Shown: positions 9,301 to 20,090 of the stretch, piece after piece
How the letters are laid out: every line of letters starts with the position of its first letter
Position numbering within the stretch: position 1 is the first letter of the stretch
Assembly: GCA_041819925.1 (NCBI GenBank)
Contig: JBGYFE010000149.1
Coordinates: 3,036 to 67,035 of the forward strand
Direction: 5' to 3'
DNA length: 64,000 nt
Source of the DNA: Capnocytophaga sp.
GTDB taxonomy: Bacteria; Bacteroidota; Bacteroidia; Flavobacteriales; Flavobacteriaceae
Program-made: the position numbers and the translations under genes
Notes under the pieces: generated by a model
The model's input: only the letters and a program-made list of their open reading frames with translations
What the model was told of the DNA's origin: nothing
The model's database searches: none

Positions 9301-11916
9301 AAACAAGGAAATGCCGTCATAGGTTCGGCTTTGGGATTTGAAGGCGTATTTTTCCCAAATCTGCATATTTTTTTGCGTACATTCCACCGAAAAATCATCG
9401 GTTTGCGACAAATAATTCACTTGGACATCGGTATCAAACAAATCCGAAGCAAAACGGCTGTAAATCTGCGGAGAAATCCACCTTTCCCCCAGATTAAAAT
9501 CCAATTCTTCAAAAGCAATCGGCGTAGGAACCACTTTTTGTAAGGATTCCAGCGAATGAATGACTTCGGGATTATTTGTAAGTTGAGCATTTTCGCTTAA
9601 AAAATGATGTAAAATATTGATTTTTTCAATTACATTGCCCGAAAGCCATTTTTGCCCAATTTCATAGGAATTTTCAATGGGATTGAAAAAAAGTTCTTCT
9701 TTTAAAACTTCTTTAAGCTCGTGGGTGGATTGTCCTGTGGCTTTTTCCAAAAAAGAAAAATCTACTTTTCCAAGTTCGCTCAAACAAGCCGAAAGAGCTT
9801 CTTCGGGAGAGCAATTTTCAATGCTTTTCTGTGAAAATACAACGGGTTTTATAAAAATATCTGCCTTGTGATATACCCCATTTTGAGAGTGTTCCAAATA
9901 AGGAATTTCTGCTCCCGAAGCATCGGTTTTAATCAGCTTGATATTGGAAGCCGTGTTCAGATGTCCGTATTTTTTTACAAAAGCATCGTAAAGCGTATTG
10001 AGATTTTGTCGCAATTCAGGTTGTGGTTCATAAGTGGTGGCTTCTTTGTGGTATAATTGCAAATACGCATCGCGAAGAGCGATGTATTCTCTTGTTTTTT
10101 GCCTTTCATACGAAGCCAACGGCAAAGGAACAAAAATCGCTTTTTGTTGCTTTGGTGCCACTTCTTTTAAGTAACCGATGGTTTGTTTTTGCTCCACCAA
10201 AGTATCTTCTTTAAAATGCGATAAAAACACCCCTTCAAAAGGCTGGGGATTTTCTATCAAAGTTTCAAGAATCGGCGGTTTTTTCTCATTTGCTTTTTGT
10301 GTTGAAGTTTCATACGAAAACGAAAATAAATCTATTTTTTGCGTTGTTTTATTTTTAGATGAAGACTTTTTGGTCGCGGATTTTTTGGTTGTTTTTTTAG
10401 TTGTAGATGCCGATGTTTCAGCTGCATTAATTTTGGACGGAAAAAGGCGGTAAGCAGTATTACCCGCTGCATTTTCATTGGGTAAAAAATCAAATAAACT
10501 CAGTTGTATATTTTGTTGTTTTATAGAATTAACATTTGATTTTTGAGCAGTTGAAAAAGGTTCAAAATCAGGAGCATTCATTTTGGATTCATACACCACA
10601 GGCTGAGTATCAGCCACTTGCAATGTATTTAATTTGCTTTCTATTTCTATGTAAGCAGGATTTTCTTGGATTTTTTCTTTTTCTTCTTTTTGCTGATTTT
10701 CTGTTTTTTCTAATTTTTCTGTTTCCCTTACATTTTCTATTTCTCCTAAACTTTCTAATCTCCTTTGTTCCTGTTTTTGATAATGCTTTTGAAAATCCCC
10801 CAGCAATCGCTGTTTCATTTCCGTAGCAATACCTTCTACACCTTGCTCGTGGGTGTAAATCATCGCAGGTTGTCCGTAGAGATTCGTGCCTAATTTTTCG
10901 TGGGTGTAGATAATTCTATTTTTGTCTAAAAATAGCTGATTTTGAATGATTTGATGTGGATTATTTTCAGCAGAACTCACCAAAAATTGCTGTTCTATTT
11001 GGGAAAGTTCGCCCCGCTGACTATCTTTTTGCAGGACAATCAAATCGCTTCCTGCCTCTGTTCCTGCATGATCGCTGAAAAGATTATTGGGCAACCGCAA
11101 AGCCGATACCAATCGGGCGTTGGAGAGCATTTCTCGGCGAATGATTTCATTTTGTGGGCTGTCCAAAATTCCCTGCGAGGTGATAAATGCCAACATTCCG
11201 CCCTCTTTTAACATATCCAATCCCTTTAAAAAGAAATAGGTATGTACACGGCGTACCGCTTGTACTTTGGCAGGATTTTCACTGCGGGAATACGACAAAT
11301 CAAACACCGCTGTATCCGAAAAAGGAATGTTACTACTGACCACATCAAAGCCACTTTTAGCGTGTTTTTCAATCTGCTCAAATCCCTCAATATGAATACT
11401 TTCGTTAGAGTATAAATGCGAGAGAATTTTCCCTGTTAAAATATCTTTTTCAAAAGCTGTTACCGAAAGTTGAGGATGTTGATGTTGAAAAGAAGCCATA
11501 AAATTACCCACCCCTGCCGAAGGGTCTAACATCTTTTGTGGCTGTATGTTATTTTCCAAAAATACTTGGGCAAGGGCATCGGTAATTTTCTCGGGGGTGT
11601 AAAACGCCGTTAGCACCGAATTTTTAAGACTTTGTTCGTATTGTCGGAATTGTCTTTCATCGGCACTATTTTTACGGATAAGTTGCCACAGGGTTTGGGT
11701 GTATTCAAAATAAGGCAAGTCGGTTTTTGACCAATATTTTTTGTCTTCTTCATTTTTTGCAGGATTTAAAACGAATTTAAGTCCGCCAAATCCTGCATAT
11801 TGTTGCAATATTTCCCGCTCCTGTGGGGTGGCACTTCGCTTTTCTTTATCTAAGGCAAAAGCCACCTCCAAGGCTCGGATATTTCGCCCCAAATGGAGTT
11901 TTTTAAGAAATGCCAT
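6340..11916 (-). CDS. N6-adenine DNA methyltransferase / SNF2-type SF2 helicase fusion (DarB-like ICE protein)
   Basis: MTase motifs [10 protein letters not shown] and SNIPF; helicase motifs [34 protein letters not shown]; 1858 aa. Confidence 0.9.
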   Translation of the reverse strand: MAFLKKLHLGRNIRALEVAFALDKEKRSATPQEREILQQYAGFGGLKFVLNPAKNEEDKKYWSKTDLPYFEYTQTLWQLIRKNSADERQFRQYEQSLKNSVLTAFYTPEKITDALAQVFLENNIQPQKMLDPSAGVGNFMASFQHQHPQLSVTAFEKDILTGKILSHLYSNESIHIEGFEQIEKHAKSGFDVVSSNIPFSDTAVFDLSYSRSENPAKVQAVRRVHTYFFLKGLDMLKEGGMLAFITSQGILDSPQNEIIRREMLSNARLVSALRLPNNLFSDHAGTEAGSDLIVLQKDSQRGELSQIEQQFLVSSAENNPHQIIQNQLFLDKNRIIYTHEKLGTNLYGQPAMIYTHEQGVEGIATEMKQRLLGDFQKHYQKQEQRRLESLGEIENVRETEKLEKTENQQKEEKEKIQENPAYIEIESKLNTLQVADTQPVVYESKMNAPDFEPFSTAQKSNVNSIKQQNIQLSLFDFLPNENAAGNTAYRLFPSKINAAETSASTTKKTTKKSATKKSSSKNKTTQKIDLFSFSYETSTQKANEKKPPILETLIENPQPFEGVFLSHFKEDTLVEQKQTIGYLKEVAPKQQKAIFVPLPLASYERQKTREYIALRDAYLQLYHKEATTYEPQPELRQNLNTLYDAFVKKYGHLNTASNIKLIKTDASGAEIPYLEHSQNGVYHKADIFIKPVVFSQKSIENCSPEEALSACLSELGKVDFSFLEKATGQSTHELKEVLKEELFFNPIENSYEIGQKWLSGNVIEKINILHHFLSENAQLTNNPEVIHSLESLQKVVPTPIAFEELDFNLGERWISPQIYSRFASDLFDTDVQVNYLSQTDDFSVECTQKNMQIWEKYAFKSQSRTYDGISLFKYGLLNTCPDITKTVTIDDREIKMRDMEAIQMANAKIDEIRNAFPQWLNQQSQAFKEELAKKYNDMFNCFVRPTYDGRFQDFPGLDKQALGIEDLYPSQKDAIWMIKMNGGAICDHEVGAGKTLIMCCAAQEMKRLGLAHKPMIIGLKANVHEIAETYRRAYPFAKILYPGKEDFTPSKRQRIFGDIKNNDWDCVILTHDQFKMIPQSPEIQEQILQQELDDVEENLWILENEGKDISRAMIKGMYKRKENLEVKLATLRHDINTRTDNTVDFKMMGIDHLLVDESHKFKNLLFNTRHDRVAGLGNTQGSQKAMNLLFALRTIQERTGKDMGATFLSGTTISNSLTELYLLFKYLRPQALEKQQIHCFDAWAAIYARKTTDYEFSVANNIVQKERFRYFIKVPELAQFYSEITDYRTAKDIGIDRPKKNEILHHIPPTPEQEVFIGKLMEFAKTGNATLLGRAPLSDSEEKAKMLIATDYARKMSLDMRMISDKYEDHPDNKASHCAMKINEYYQKFNAQKGTQFVFSDLGTYKPNEWNPYSEIKRKLVEDYGIPPHEIRFIQEAKNDKMRKQFIADMTEGKIRVLFGSTDMLGTGVNAQKRAVAVHHLDTPWRPSDLQQRDGRAIRKGNEIAKYFADNKVDVIIYAVEKSLDAYKFNLLYNKQLFIEQLKNNQLTKRTIDEGAMDEQSGMSFSEYVAILSGNTDLLEKAKLEKRIATLESEKQAFSKSKATSKIRLENLTSDLNALKQQVFRLQTDWQNFSAKAQRNPDGSVVNSLKLHELPEKTDVKQLAKKLHDYAKNARTAGDYQEIGSLYGFQILVKTEFSQKEGLDLRENRFFVQGESEIKYTHNNGRLANDPYLAVTNFLNALEKIPTMIEKQQKEIAFIEKDLPVLKEVVSKEWHKENELASLKSELASLDRKIQLSISPITQEEITEKQEDIKNDLKETESKSPVQKESVQKVPFKNFLQQPIYQNKKSIETKKIKM

Positions 11917-12346
11917 TTTCCTCTATCCAAATTTGAATAGCTCCCACAAGTTCCGTGTAAAGGTTTTGATATTCGGGTGAATCCTCAAAATCTTCCGTAA
12001 GTTCATATTTTTGAAAAAACGGAGCGGTTTCTTCAAGCATTTTTAAAGCAAAAGGATATAATTCTTCTTCGGAAAGTTCATTTTGAAATTCATCGCATAC
12101 GATTTCAAAAACCATTGAAAAAGGCGAAAAATGCAAACCCTCCATCAGCACTCCATTGGCGATTTCGTTACATTGCGGAACAGACAATCCTGACACAAAA
12201 GCCGTTTCATACGCCTGTGTAGCCAAATTGCTCCGCTCTTTAATAAAAGTCGTATTATGTATCAAGTTAGGAAAACTTGTTTTTAAAACTTCTCGAAGCC
12301 GTAACTCGTAGTACGACAAGGTTGATTGTTCATTTAAGGTATTCAT
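11903..12346 (-). CDS. DUF1896-family ICE protein
   Basis: [17 protein letters not shown]...EGLHFSPF...[17 protein letters not shown]; overlaps the methylase start, its usual position. Confidence 0.8.
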   Translation of the reverse strand: MNTLNEQSTLSYYELRLREVLKTSFPNLIHNTTFIKERSNLATQAYETAFVSGLSVPQCNEIANGVLMEGLHFSPFSMVFEIVCDEFQNELSEEELYPFALKMLEETAPFFQKYELTEDFEDSPEYQNLYTELVGAIQIWIEENGIS

Positions 12347-12410
12347 TATTTTTATATTTTTATATTTTTTAACTTTTTGATTTTTAACTCTTTGAGTATC
12401 TTAAATTTTA

Positions 12411-13193
12411 TCATTTTTCTGCTTTGGGAATGGTTATTTTGTAGGTAGGGTCTAAGCGTCCATTTTTTATAACCATTCGGTTGCCACTGCCTAAATACAC
12501 CTTTGAAAGGTCTAAATCTATAAGCCAAGCGGGTTGATATTGGTGTATTAACCATAAAGCCAAACGCTTTATTTTGATATTCAAGCATTTTTCTAACAAT
12601 ATTTGCCATTTTTCGCTTTCAAAACCATTGATTTTTTGAAATATAGCAACAGCCTGTTCAAATGAAAATTCATCAGATACCTGCCCTAAAAATTCCAAAA
12701 AGGCTTTTTCCTTACACGAAATTTTAAGCGGAGACAATTCCTCTCGCCATAAAAATAAAGTGGTAAGCCTTGCCGATGTATCAGGGGTAAATTCTGAAAA
12801 AAATGTCTTTGAAGCGTATTTTACAAAACGCCCTTGTACGCCAATGGCTTCTAACCAACTCGGTAACTTTGCCTTCCCGTAGAGTTCTACAAGAGTTAAT
12901 CTCGTTGGCTCGGTCGTTAAAAATCCCTGTAATGACAAGGCACTCATTCCTCCCACCATAAAATCGTCTGACATCGTTTGTTGCAGGGAATATACTACCG
13001 CTTGCCAGCTGTGTATAAAAACTCCTCGAACATAATACCCCTTATGAATGCTCTTCAAATACTCGCTTTTTACCAAATTATCAATGGCGTGTTTATGTAA
13101 ATGCAAGCTACTTTCAAGCCATTTACGAGTCACTACAATACCTTCGGGAAGCGTTTTTTCCAAATGTTTGCGTCTGTCTTTATTAAGTGTCAT
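12411..13193 (-). CDS. abiEi: Type IV TA AbiEi-family antitoxin / transcriptional regulator, no adjacent toxin
   Basis: N-terminal wHTH (LPEGIVVTRKWLE...GYYVR); VGGMSALSLQG; S.KEKAFLEFL; C-terminal KVYLGSGNR...G.LDP.YKITIP. Confidence 0.75.
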   Translation of the reverse strand: MTLNKDRRKHLEKTLPEGIVVTRKWLESSLHLHKHAIDNLVKSEYLKSIHKGYYVRGVFIHSWQAVVYSLQQTMSDDFMVGGMSALSLQGFLTTEPTRLTLVELYGKAKLPSWLEAIGVQGRFVKYASKTFFSEFTPDTSARLTTLFLWREELSPLKISCKEKAFLEFLGQVSDEFSFEQAVAIFQKINGFESEKWQILLEKCLNIKIKRLALWLIHQYQPAWLIDLDLSKVYLGSGNRMVIKNGRLDPTYKITIPKAEK

Positions 13194-13209
13194 AATTTAC
13201 AAATATAAT

Positions 13210-13244
13210 TTATAACGGCGATAAACACCGATATAACAAAGGTA
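13210..13244 (-). promoter_or_regulatory. abiEi promoter with overlapping inverted-repeat operator
   Basis: TACCTTTG (13244-13237) followed immediately by TTATATCGGTG-N5-CGCCGTTATAA (9/11 complementary), which straddles the expected start site. Confidence 0.5.
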
Positions 13245-13368
13245 TACACATTTTTTGAATTGACAAAAACTATTAACAAATTTTTTTTCAAAAATGCTTA
13301 AATCAGAGCGTACCACCGTGAAAAATTTTTCTTGGTACATTTAATTTTTGTTTTCGTTTTATAGACTC

Positions 13369-15453
13369 CTATTTTTTCTTTTTCGGCGGAAATTCAAAAT
13401 CTATTTCAGCATTTTCATTCAAAACAAGATAAGCATCAAAGGTATTGCCTGATTTGCTTTTCAGTCCTTTGATAAGCGGACTTTTTCGGGTTTCAAGCAA
13501 AGTTTTAAGCGTTGGCTCATCAATGATTTTTCCACATATATTCCTGAAAAATATCCAATTACAATTTTCATCAGGGCATTTGACCACTTTTTCAAAGATT
13601 TTCAGCGTTTGTTGTTGACATTGGGGGCAACATAGTTGCCAATGCTTTTTTGGTGGAATATCCAGATTTAACAGGGCTTGGGTCAACTCTCGGGTGTAGG
13701 TTTTCATCGCTTGTAAAAACTCCGTTGGCGATTTTTCGCCCTGTTCTATCTTTTGTAAATCTTCCTCCCACGCTCCCGTTAAGGAAACATTGGCAATGTG
13801 ATGGTCTTTGACCCACTCATATACCTGCATTCCTTTTTCGGTGGGAATAAGGGATTTTTGTTTCCGCTCGATGTAATGGCGTTTGAGTAGCGTTTCAATA
13901 ATGGAGGCTCGGGTGGCAGGCGTTCCGATACCTGAACCTTGCAAGAGTTGGCGTTGTTCTTGGTTTTCCAATTCTTTTCCTGCTGATTCCATTGCCGATA
14001 GCAATCTCGCTTCGGTGTAAAGGGCAGGTGGTTGGGTGGTTTTGGACAACATTTCTACGGATTTTATCTTTAAAATTGTACCTTTGGGTAAGGACGGCAG
14101 TGCCACAATGTCTTCGGCTTCGTCCTTGTTGGGTTCGGATAAAAATCCGCTGATACCTCGCCAACCCATTTGAATAATTTGTGTGCCTTTAAGCAAAAAT
14201 TCCTTGTGAAACACTTCCAATACAACTTTTTGCACCTCCTTAATACAAGGCTCTGAAACGGCTTCCAAAAGTCGAGTGGCTATCATCTTGTAAATGGTTT
14301 GTTCTTTGGCGGAAAGATTTATTGCAAATCGCTCCGTAATTAAAAGTCCGTGGTGGTCGGTTACTTTTACATCATTGACTATTCGTTTGTTCAGTGCCGT
14401 GATTTTCAAAAGTTTAGCACTTTTAGAAAAGGCTTCATTTTCCTGTAACAGACGAATAAGCGAAGGGATTTCTGCCCACACATCTTCCGAGATGTATTTG
14501 CTTCCCGTTCTCGGGTAGGTGATGTATTTTTGCTCATACAGACTTTGGGCAATTTGCAGAGTTTCATCGGCTGAAAAACCATATTTTTTATTGGCTTCTT
14601 TCTGCAATCCTGTTAAATCATACAATAAAGGCGGTTGTTCTTTGAGTGTTTCATTTTCCACCCAAACCACTTCGGCAATAGGATTTTTCTCTATGTGTCT
14701 TTGCAGGGTCTCGGCTTCTTTTTTATCGGCAATAGACTCGGAAAAGCTAAAAAACTCAGTGTGTTCCTTTTGATGTTTGAGTTTAAGCTGAAAGAAAGGC
14801 TTTTTGGCAAAGTTCGTATGTTCTAAATAGCGTTTACAGACCATTGCCAAAGTAGGCGTTTGTACTCTTCCCAATGAATAAACCCCTTCACCCACAGCAA
14901 TGCTTAGGGCTTGTGTAGCGTTAATCCCCACTAACCAATCCGCTTCACTGCGTTTTTGAGCCGCTTGATACAACAAATCAAAATCACTTCCCGGTTTTAA
15001 TTGTGTAAACCCCATTTTGATAGCTTTTTCTGTCAAAGAGCTTATCCATAGTCGCTCAAAGGGTTTTTGACAGTTCAGATAGTGATAAATATACCGAAAA
15101 ATAAGTTCACCCTCTCGTCCTGCATCGGTAGCCACAATGATGGCATCGCATTGCTTAAATAATTTATCAATGACTTTAAGTTGTTTTAATGCCATCGGGT
15201 CGGCTCTGTATCCTTTTTCGGTCGGAATTTGTTTGGGAACTAATACAAAAGGCTCGGGCAGTATGGGCAAATGTTCCCTTTGAAACCCTTGACAACCATA
15301 TTCTTCGGGTAGAGCCAACTGTACCAAATGTCCATAACCCCACGTAACCACAAAACCGTTACCTTCTTGATAACCATCTTTCTTTTCGGTAGCTCCTAAT
15401 AAAGAAGCTATTTCTCTACCTACGCTGGGTTTTTCTGCAATGATTACTCTCAT
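13369..15453 (-). CDS. topB: DNA topoisomerase III (type IA), ICE-encoded
   Basis: IIAEKPSVG; ATDAGREGELI; YITYPRT active site; C-terminal zinc ribbon (CPQC...CPDENC). Confidence 0.92.
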   Translation of the reverse strand: MRVIIAEKPSVGREIASLLGATEKKDGYQEGNGFVVTWGYGHLVQLALPEEYGCQGFQREHLPILPEPFVLVPKQIPTEKGYRADPMALKQLKVIDKLFKQCDAIIVATDAGREGELIFRYIYHYLNCQKPFERLWISSLTEKAIKMGFTQLKPGSDFDLLYQAAQKRSEADWLVGINATQALSIAVGEGVYSLGRVQTPTLAMVCKRYLEHTNFAKKPFFQLKLKHQKEHTEFFSFSESIADKKEAETLQRHIEKNPIAEVVWVENETLKEQPPLLYDLTGLQKEANKKYGFSADETLQIAQSLYEQKYITYPRTGSKYISEDVWAEIPSLIRLLQENEAFSKSAKLLKITALNKRIVNDVKVTDHHGLLITERFAINLSAKEQTIYKMIATRLLEAVSEPCIKEVQKVVLEVFHKEFLLKGTQIIQMGWRGISGFLSEPNKDEAEDIVALPSLPKGTILKIKSVEMLSKTTQPPALYTEARLLSAMESAGKELENQEQRQLLQGSGIGTPATRASIIETLLKRHYIERKQKSLIPTEKGMQVYEWVKDHHIANVSLTGAWEEDLQKIEQGEKSPTEFLQAMKTYTRELTQALLNLDIPPKKHWQLCCPQCQQQTLKIFEKVVKCPDENCNWIFFRNICGKIIDEPTLKTLLETRKSPLIKGLKSKSGNTFDAYLVLNENAEIDFEFPPKKKK

Positions 15454-15473
15454 AACTTTTTGTCTTTTTACAC

Positions 15474-15498
15474 CCTCTCCTTCGCAGAGAAGGGGAGG
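15474..15498. repeat. GC-rich hairpin (REP-like) between the DUF3945 gene and topB
   Basis: CCTCTCCTTC-GCAGA-GAAGGGGAGG, 10-bp stem with one imperfect pair. Confidence 0.45.
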
Positions 15499-15500
15499 AT

Positions 15501-16985
15501 TTACATTTTACGTCCTTTGGATTTAGCTGTTTTCTGTTTAGGGGTTTCCTGTTTTTGTGCTTTTTCGGCTTTTTGTGTTTTTTCGCTCGCTTGCTTTTGC
15601 TCCTTTTTAGGAGTTTGTAAATCATTAGAAATGTCCTTTTTATCAGGGTTTTTAAAACTCATTTCTACCTTTCCTTTTTCTTGATTAAAGGTAAAATACC
15701 CGTTATATGTTTTTCCATTTTTGCTTTGTAAACCTTCCAAGTACACAGGTTTCCCTTCGGAGAGTTGTTGGTGTTGTTCCTGCGAAAGCTGTACCCCGCG
15801 GATTTCTTTGGGGGCTTCGGCGAGCTTTTGTGATTGAGTAGCTTTTTGAGAAAGATTTTCGTCAAACAAGAATTCTACATAGCGTTTATCGGCATTGAAC
15901 TGTACATTGGCATTAAAAGGTTCTCCTTTTTTAGATTGCATTCCTTCTAAAAAAAGTGGTTTTCCCTCTTTTAAGGTCTGTTTTTGTTCTTCACTGAGTT
16001 TTATACCTTTGATTTCGTCGGGGATTTTGATGTGTTCTACTCGTAAAGCTATCAGTTCGTTGGTGAGTCTGTCTACACTAATAATCGACGGAATTTTCTC
16101 TTGGGTTTTCGTGTTAGTCAGTTCCACCACGCGTCCCATATTACCCGTGGTTAGTAGGTTTTTCTTGTCCTCATCGGAAAACTCGTGCCCAAAAAAAGGA
16201 TATTGCAACTGCGGTTCTTTGCGAATGCCGTGAATAGCGACCGCTACCTTGCCTTCGTTGTTTTGTTGCAAAGACAAACGGGCATCAAAACGCGTTACCA
16301 CACTGCCTAAATTAAAGCTCACCGACACAAGCTCATTGGTTTTAAAACCTTTCAGCAAAGGCTCTAACAAATTGCGTTTTTCCAAAGACTCCTTGCTGAT
16401 ACCCAAATTGTTAAGTGTTTGCCAATCCACATCTTCCACTTTGTATTTAGGTTCGTTCTGTTGCTCTGAATTTTCATTAGAAGGGGTTTGAGCAGCTTGT
16501 AAGTTTTCTTGTTTTACCTCTTTTGAAGGCTCTTGAACGGGCGTGTTTTTTACTTCCATAGCGTTTTCTTTTTGTTGTTGATTTTTATCTTGATGTTGAT
16601 TATTTTTCAAATATTGCTCTGGGGCAACTTCGTATTTCTTTAAATATTCTTTGCCTTTTTCGTTGAGATTCGCCAAATGATTTTGTAGTTTTTGGGTGAT
16701 TTCCAACGATTTTTCAATCGGAATTTTAAAAAATGAAAAGCGAGTAGGATTTTTCGCCTGTCGCAGAAAATTGCTAAAAAAGTTGGATAGCATATTTCCT
16801 TGTGCATCGACCCGCATAAACTCCTGCTGATGGGCTTTATCAGGTGGCAAAGTTTGCAGTTCTCCTTCTTTATCAAGTCCCTTAACGGCTTTGAGCTGTT
16901 TTTCTTCCTTATCAAAAACCAGCAATATATCCGAAAGTTCTTCCTGCACGGGAATATTACCTTGTGATTGTAATGTCGGTTCCAT
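15501..16985 (-). CDS. DUF3945/DUF4099 ICE protein
   Basis: LSDILLVFDK...NFFSNF.RQ.KNPTRF; two internal repeats (EI.G..LS.EQ...L.EGKP..LEG.QSK.G..). Confidence 0.85.
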   Translation of the reverse strand: MEPTLQSQGNIPVQEELSDILLVFDKEEKQLKAVKGLDKEGELQTLPPDKAHQQEFMRVDAQGNMLSNFFSNFLRQAKNPTRFSFFKIPIEKSLEITQKLQNHLANLNEKGKEYLKKYEVAPEQYLKNNQHQDKNQQQKENAMEVKNTPVQEPSKEVKQENLQAAQTPSNENSEQQNEPKYKVEDVDWQTLNNLGISKESLEKRNLLEPLLKGFKTNELVSVSFNLGSVVTRFDARLSLQQNNEGKVAVAIHGIRKEPQLQYPFFGHEFSDEDKKNLLTTGNMGRVVELTNTKTQEKIPSIISVDRLTNELIALRVEHIKIPDEIKGIKLSEEQKQTLKEGKPLFLEGMQSKKGEPFNANVQFNADKRYVEFLFDENLSQKATQSQKLAEAPKEIRGVQLSQEQHQQLSEGKPVYLEGLQSKNGKTYNGYFTFNQEKGKVEMSFKNPDKKDISNDLQTPKKEQKQASEKTQKAEKAQKQETPKQKTAKSKGRKM

Positions 16986-17038
16986 TGTTTTTTACATTTA
17001 TTTCAAGGGTAAAATTACAATAAGGCAACAGGGCTTAT

Positions 17039-17347
17039 TCATTTTTTGGCATTACGCACCGATACGGGCATACTGAAATACTCACGGATAAACTGATGTA
17101 CATCAGAGCGTTTGTAGTAGATTTTCCCAGAAATGGTGTAATATGGCAGTTTGCCATCAGAGCGATAGCGTTGCAATGACCTAGCTGAAATCTTAAAAGT
17201 CAGCATCAAATCTTGGTTGTCCAACAATTCCTCTCCATCAAGCATATTGCGGCGACTATCCGACTTTGAAATCGCTTCCATTACCAAATCAAATCGATCC
17301 ATTATTCGCTCCATCCAAGCGATAAATTCCTGTTTTTCAAGTTCCAT
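17039..17347 (-). CDS. HTH_17/MerR-like DNA-binding protein (Xis-like)
   Basis: EFIAWMERIMDRFD...LLDNQDL..TFKISARSLQRYRSDGKLPYY. Confidence 0.85.
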   Translation of the reverse strand: MELEKQEFIAWMERIMDRFDLVMEAISKSDSRRNMLDGEELLDNQDLMLTFKISARSLQRYRSDGKLPYYTISGKIYYKRSDVHQFIREYFSMPVSVRNAKK

Positions 17348-17395
17348 ATTTTTATTTTTTTATAAATTTTTATCCTTATTAAAAAATTGATGCTT

Positions 17396-17425
17396 CCTCA
17401 TCTCCTAACCCCCTCATCTCCTAAC
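17396..17425. repeat. Tandem direct repeat CCTCATCTCCTAAC x2 (16-bp period) over the primase stop
   Basis: Identical 14-mers at 17396-17409 and 17412-17425. Confidence 0.7.
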
Positions 17426-19486
17426 AACTCCTTTAATCGTTTTCCCATTTCTAATTGTTTAGGTTTTTCAGGGGGGCTGACCAAAATTTCTTTTTCTTTG
17501 AGATTGTGAATGTAGGTTTTGGCGGTTCGCTCGGTAACGCCTGTTATTTCTTGAATTTCTCTACATAAATCCGAAAAACACCACGAAGTTTTTTGCTTAA
17601 ACAATGGCGAAATGAGCGTTGCCAAAGCGGTGGTTTTATCCTTATTTTCAGTCGTATTTTTTCGCTCTCCCAAATAGCGGTGCATTCCCAAAGTATCATC
17701 CCACTGAAAAAGTATTTGCGGAATTTTAGAAAAATTGCCACTACGCACTTTCAGCGGTTTTACAACGGATATGGCTCCGTTTTTATCCTTTTCAATGGAG
17801 AGAACCGCCGAAGCCTTGCGTTGCAACTCCGAACCCAAATGCCCCCGAATTTTAAGTCCGCTTGGGGTGAGATGTAGCACACAGACCATACAAGTCTGAT
17901 ACATTCCCGCCAAAGCGTATAATTCCTCTATAATTTCAATGCTTTCGGTTTCGTTATTGACTGCTCCCACTAAATCCGCTATTCCATCGATGACCACCAA
18001 ATGAATACCCGCATACCGAAAATGGTACATTTCCAAACACTTGCGAATGAGCATAAAGCGTTCTTTACGAGCCACTTGCGTTAGACAATAGGCTTTAAGT
18101 TGGGAAGGCATTGTAGAAAGCTGGGCTCGTTTGAGCAGTTTTTCAATGTTTTGATACAACTGGTCTTGCGATTGTTCCGTGTCAAAAAACAATACCACTT
18201 TTTCGGTAGGACAAGCACTTATTTGCGTTCCCAAAGTATCTATTTCTATGGATTCCGATTGCCTTATAGCTCCCGCCAACAATGCCGCTACAAAATGGCT
18301 TTTGCCAGTGCCTTCGCCTCCTGTAATGCCCACCAAACTGCTCTGAACTCCAATGGGAATGCCCTCAATGGTAATGAGCGTTTGCTGTTTTTTAGGCGGA
18401 TTTTTCCAATCTATTTCACAGGTTTTTAATAAGGATAAAGTTGATTGAGATTCATTTTCAAGCAATTGAGCAAAAAGTTTGCGAAAATCTTGGGCGGAAA
18501 ATCCCTTCTGAAAATAATCCGAAATATCCTTGTCTTTTTTGCCTCCTGAAAGTGGTAAAACAAGCGACAATACCCCAAATTCTTTCAAATGCTCCTTTTG
18601 TCGCTCTGATGCTTTTTTGCCCGTTTCGTCCACATCAAACAAAATCACTAAATACTGAAATCGAGGTTTGAGTGTTTTGATAATTTCTTTGGGAATATGG
18701 GCGGTTTCGCTATTGAAACAAATCGCATAAAATCCGTGTGCTGCAAGGCTCAACACATCTTTTTCCCCCGAAGTGATAAACAATACATCGCCCTGTAAAG
18801 GCAATTTTTCCAAGCCAAAACAATAATCCAAAACCTCGCCACCATACAAAAACCGAATTTTGGAAAAGGGGCGATACACTTTCAGATGATTTTTAAATAC
18901 ATAGCCAAACATCGGTTCGCTTTCGGTGGAATACAAGGTGTAGGGCTTTCCTTTTTTATTGACACTTGAAAATTTTCGCAAAGAAACCACTTGATAACTT
19001 TTTAATACTGAAATTGTTATACCCGATTTTACCCAAAAAGCCAATTCTTTTTCGGTGAAATTTTTTACCTCAAACTCATAGGTGTTTTCTTCGGATTTTT
19101 TATCAGTATATAGCTCATTTTCAGTTTTTTCTGCATTTTTATTAGGGAGTGTAGCCTTTGAAAAACTCGTTTTTTCTTCCAAACCCAGACCCAAATCTCG
19201 ATTGATTATCTTTAAAATTTCTACAAAATCTGATGTTTTTTTTGCAATCCAAATGATGAAGAAAACCCACCAAGAAAAAACAATCCCCACCAAACATTTC
19301 ATTCCCAAAATCCTTCATTTTGTAGCAGTTATGTTTTTCATCTTTGTAGATATTGCACGAAGCGTTTTTATCGTCATACAGCAGATTTTTGAAATTTTTT
19401 CCCACCTGCCAATCGCCCCTCAAATAATACCGAAACACTTCCAGTCCGCCATTGGTTTTATCTAAAATGTCTTGCTTTTTCAACAT
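17398..19486 (-). pseudogene. TOPRIM primase / AAA_25 helicase fusion, split by a +1 frameshift in an A8 run
   Basis: The N-terminal part MLKKQDILDKTNGGLEVFRYY...GDCFFLVG..HHLDC (ATG 19486) and the C-terminal part SDFVEILKIINRDLGL...ITSGEKDV...FDVDETG...GGEGTGKS...HLGSELQRK join if T8 at 19236-19243 is T7 (695 aa). Could be a sequencing error. Confidence 0.7.
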
Positions 19487-19796
19487 AACTTTTGGCTTTT
19501 TCGGTGAGTTCTTGTACATACGCATCGGTGGATTTGACCACATTAGCATCCAACAATTTTTGAATGCTTCCTAGCGAATAAAAATACTGACCATAGATTT
19601 TGGAATAGGTGATTTGGTGGTTTTTACGCATTCGCCATAAAGTCTTTTCGCTAAGGTGCAAATACTGACAAACCTCGTGTTGATTGAGCCACAATGCGTC
19701 CCAATCCGAGCGGTCTTTTTCTATGTGTTTGCGGATACTTTGCAGCTGCTCCAATACAGCCCTCCAAACCGATTCCTCCAAAGTGATGAAATTCAT
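19458..19796 (-). CDS. HTH_17 Xis-like DNA-binding protein
   Basis: Likely start MNFITLEE (ATG 19796); WLNQHEVCQYLHLSEKTLWRMR. Confidence 0.8.
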   Translation of the reverse strand: MNFITLEESVWRAVLEQLQSIRKHIEKDRSDWDALWLNQHEVCQYLHLSEKTLWRMRKNHQITYSKIYGQYFYSLGSIQKLLDANVVKSTDAYVQELTEKAKSYVEKARHFR

Positions 19797-20090
19797 AAGG
19801 CAATGAGTTTTAAAATGATGGGGCAAAGTTCCTAAAAGCCTATACATAAATTAGCCAAGCATAACCCATTGACAAATGTTTTTTATACATCTTATGAAAT
19901 TTACTTATTATTCTGAAATTCAACTACATATACATATTTTTATAAACCATTATTAAATTGAAAATAAGAAAAAGCCAATGAATTTATATGGGCAAAATAG
20001 TGTAGTTTTCACATTGTTAGGAGAGTTGTTGTTGTTGATTTAATTTTGAGCAAATCAAAAATTTCATAGAGAAATCAAAGTTTAGTAGAT

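Noticed and set aside
6515-11980. Many + strand and alternate-frame ORFs inside the methylase-helicase (e.g. 8845-9543, 7582-7959)
   Set aside because: They are antisense shadows of a long, motif-rich gene and have no recognisable domains.
12352-12609. 85-aa ORF overlapping the abiEi 3' end, considered as the missing toxin
   Set aside because: It is mostly an alternate frame of abiEi plus AT-rich spacer, has no nucleotidyltransferase motif and is far too short for AbiEii.
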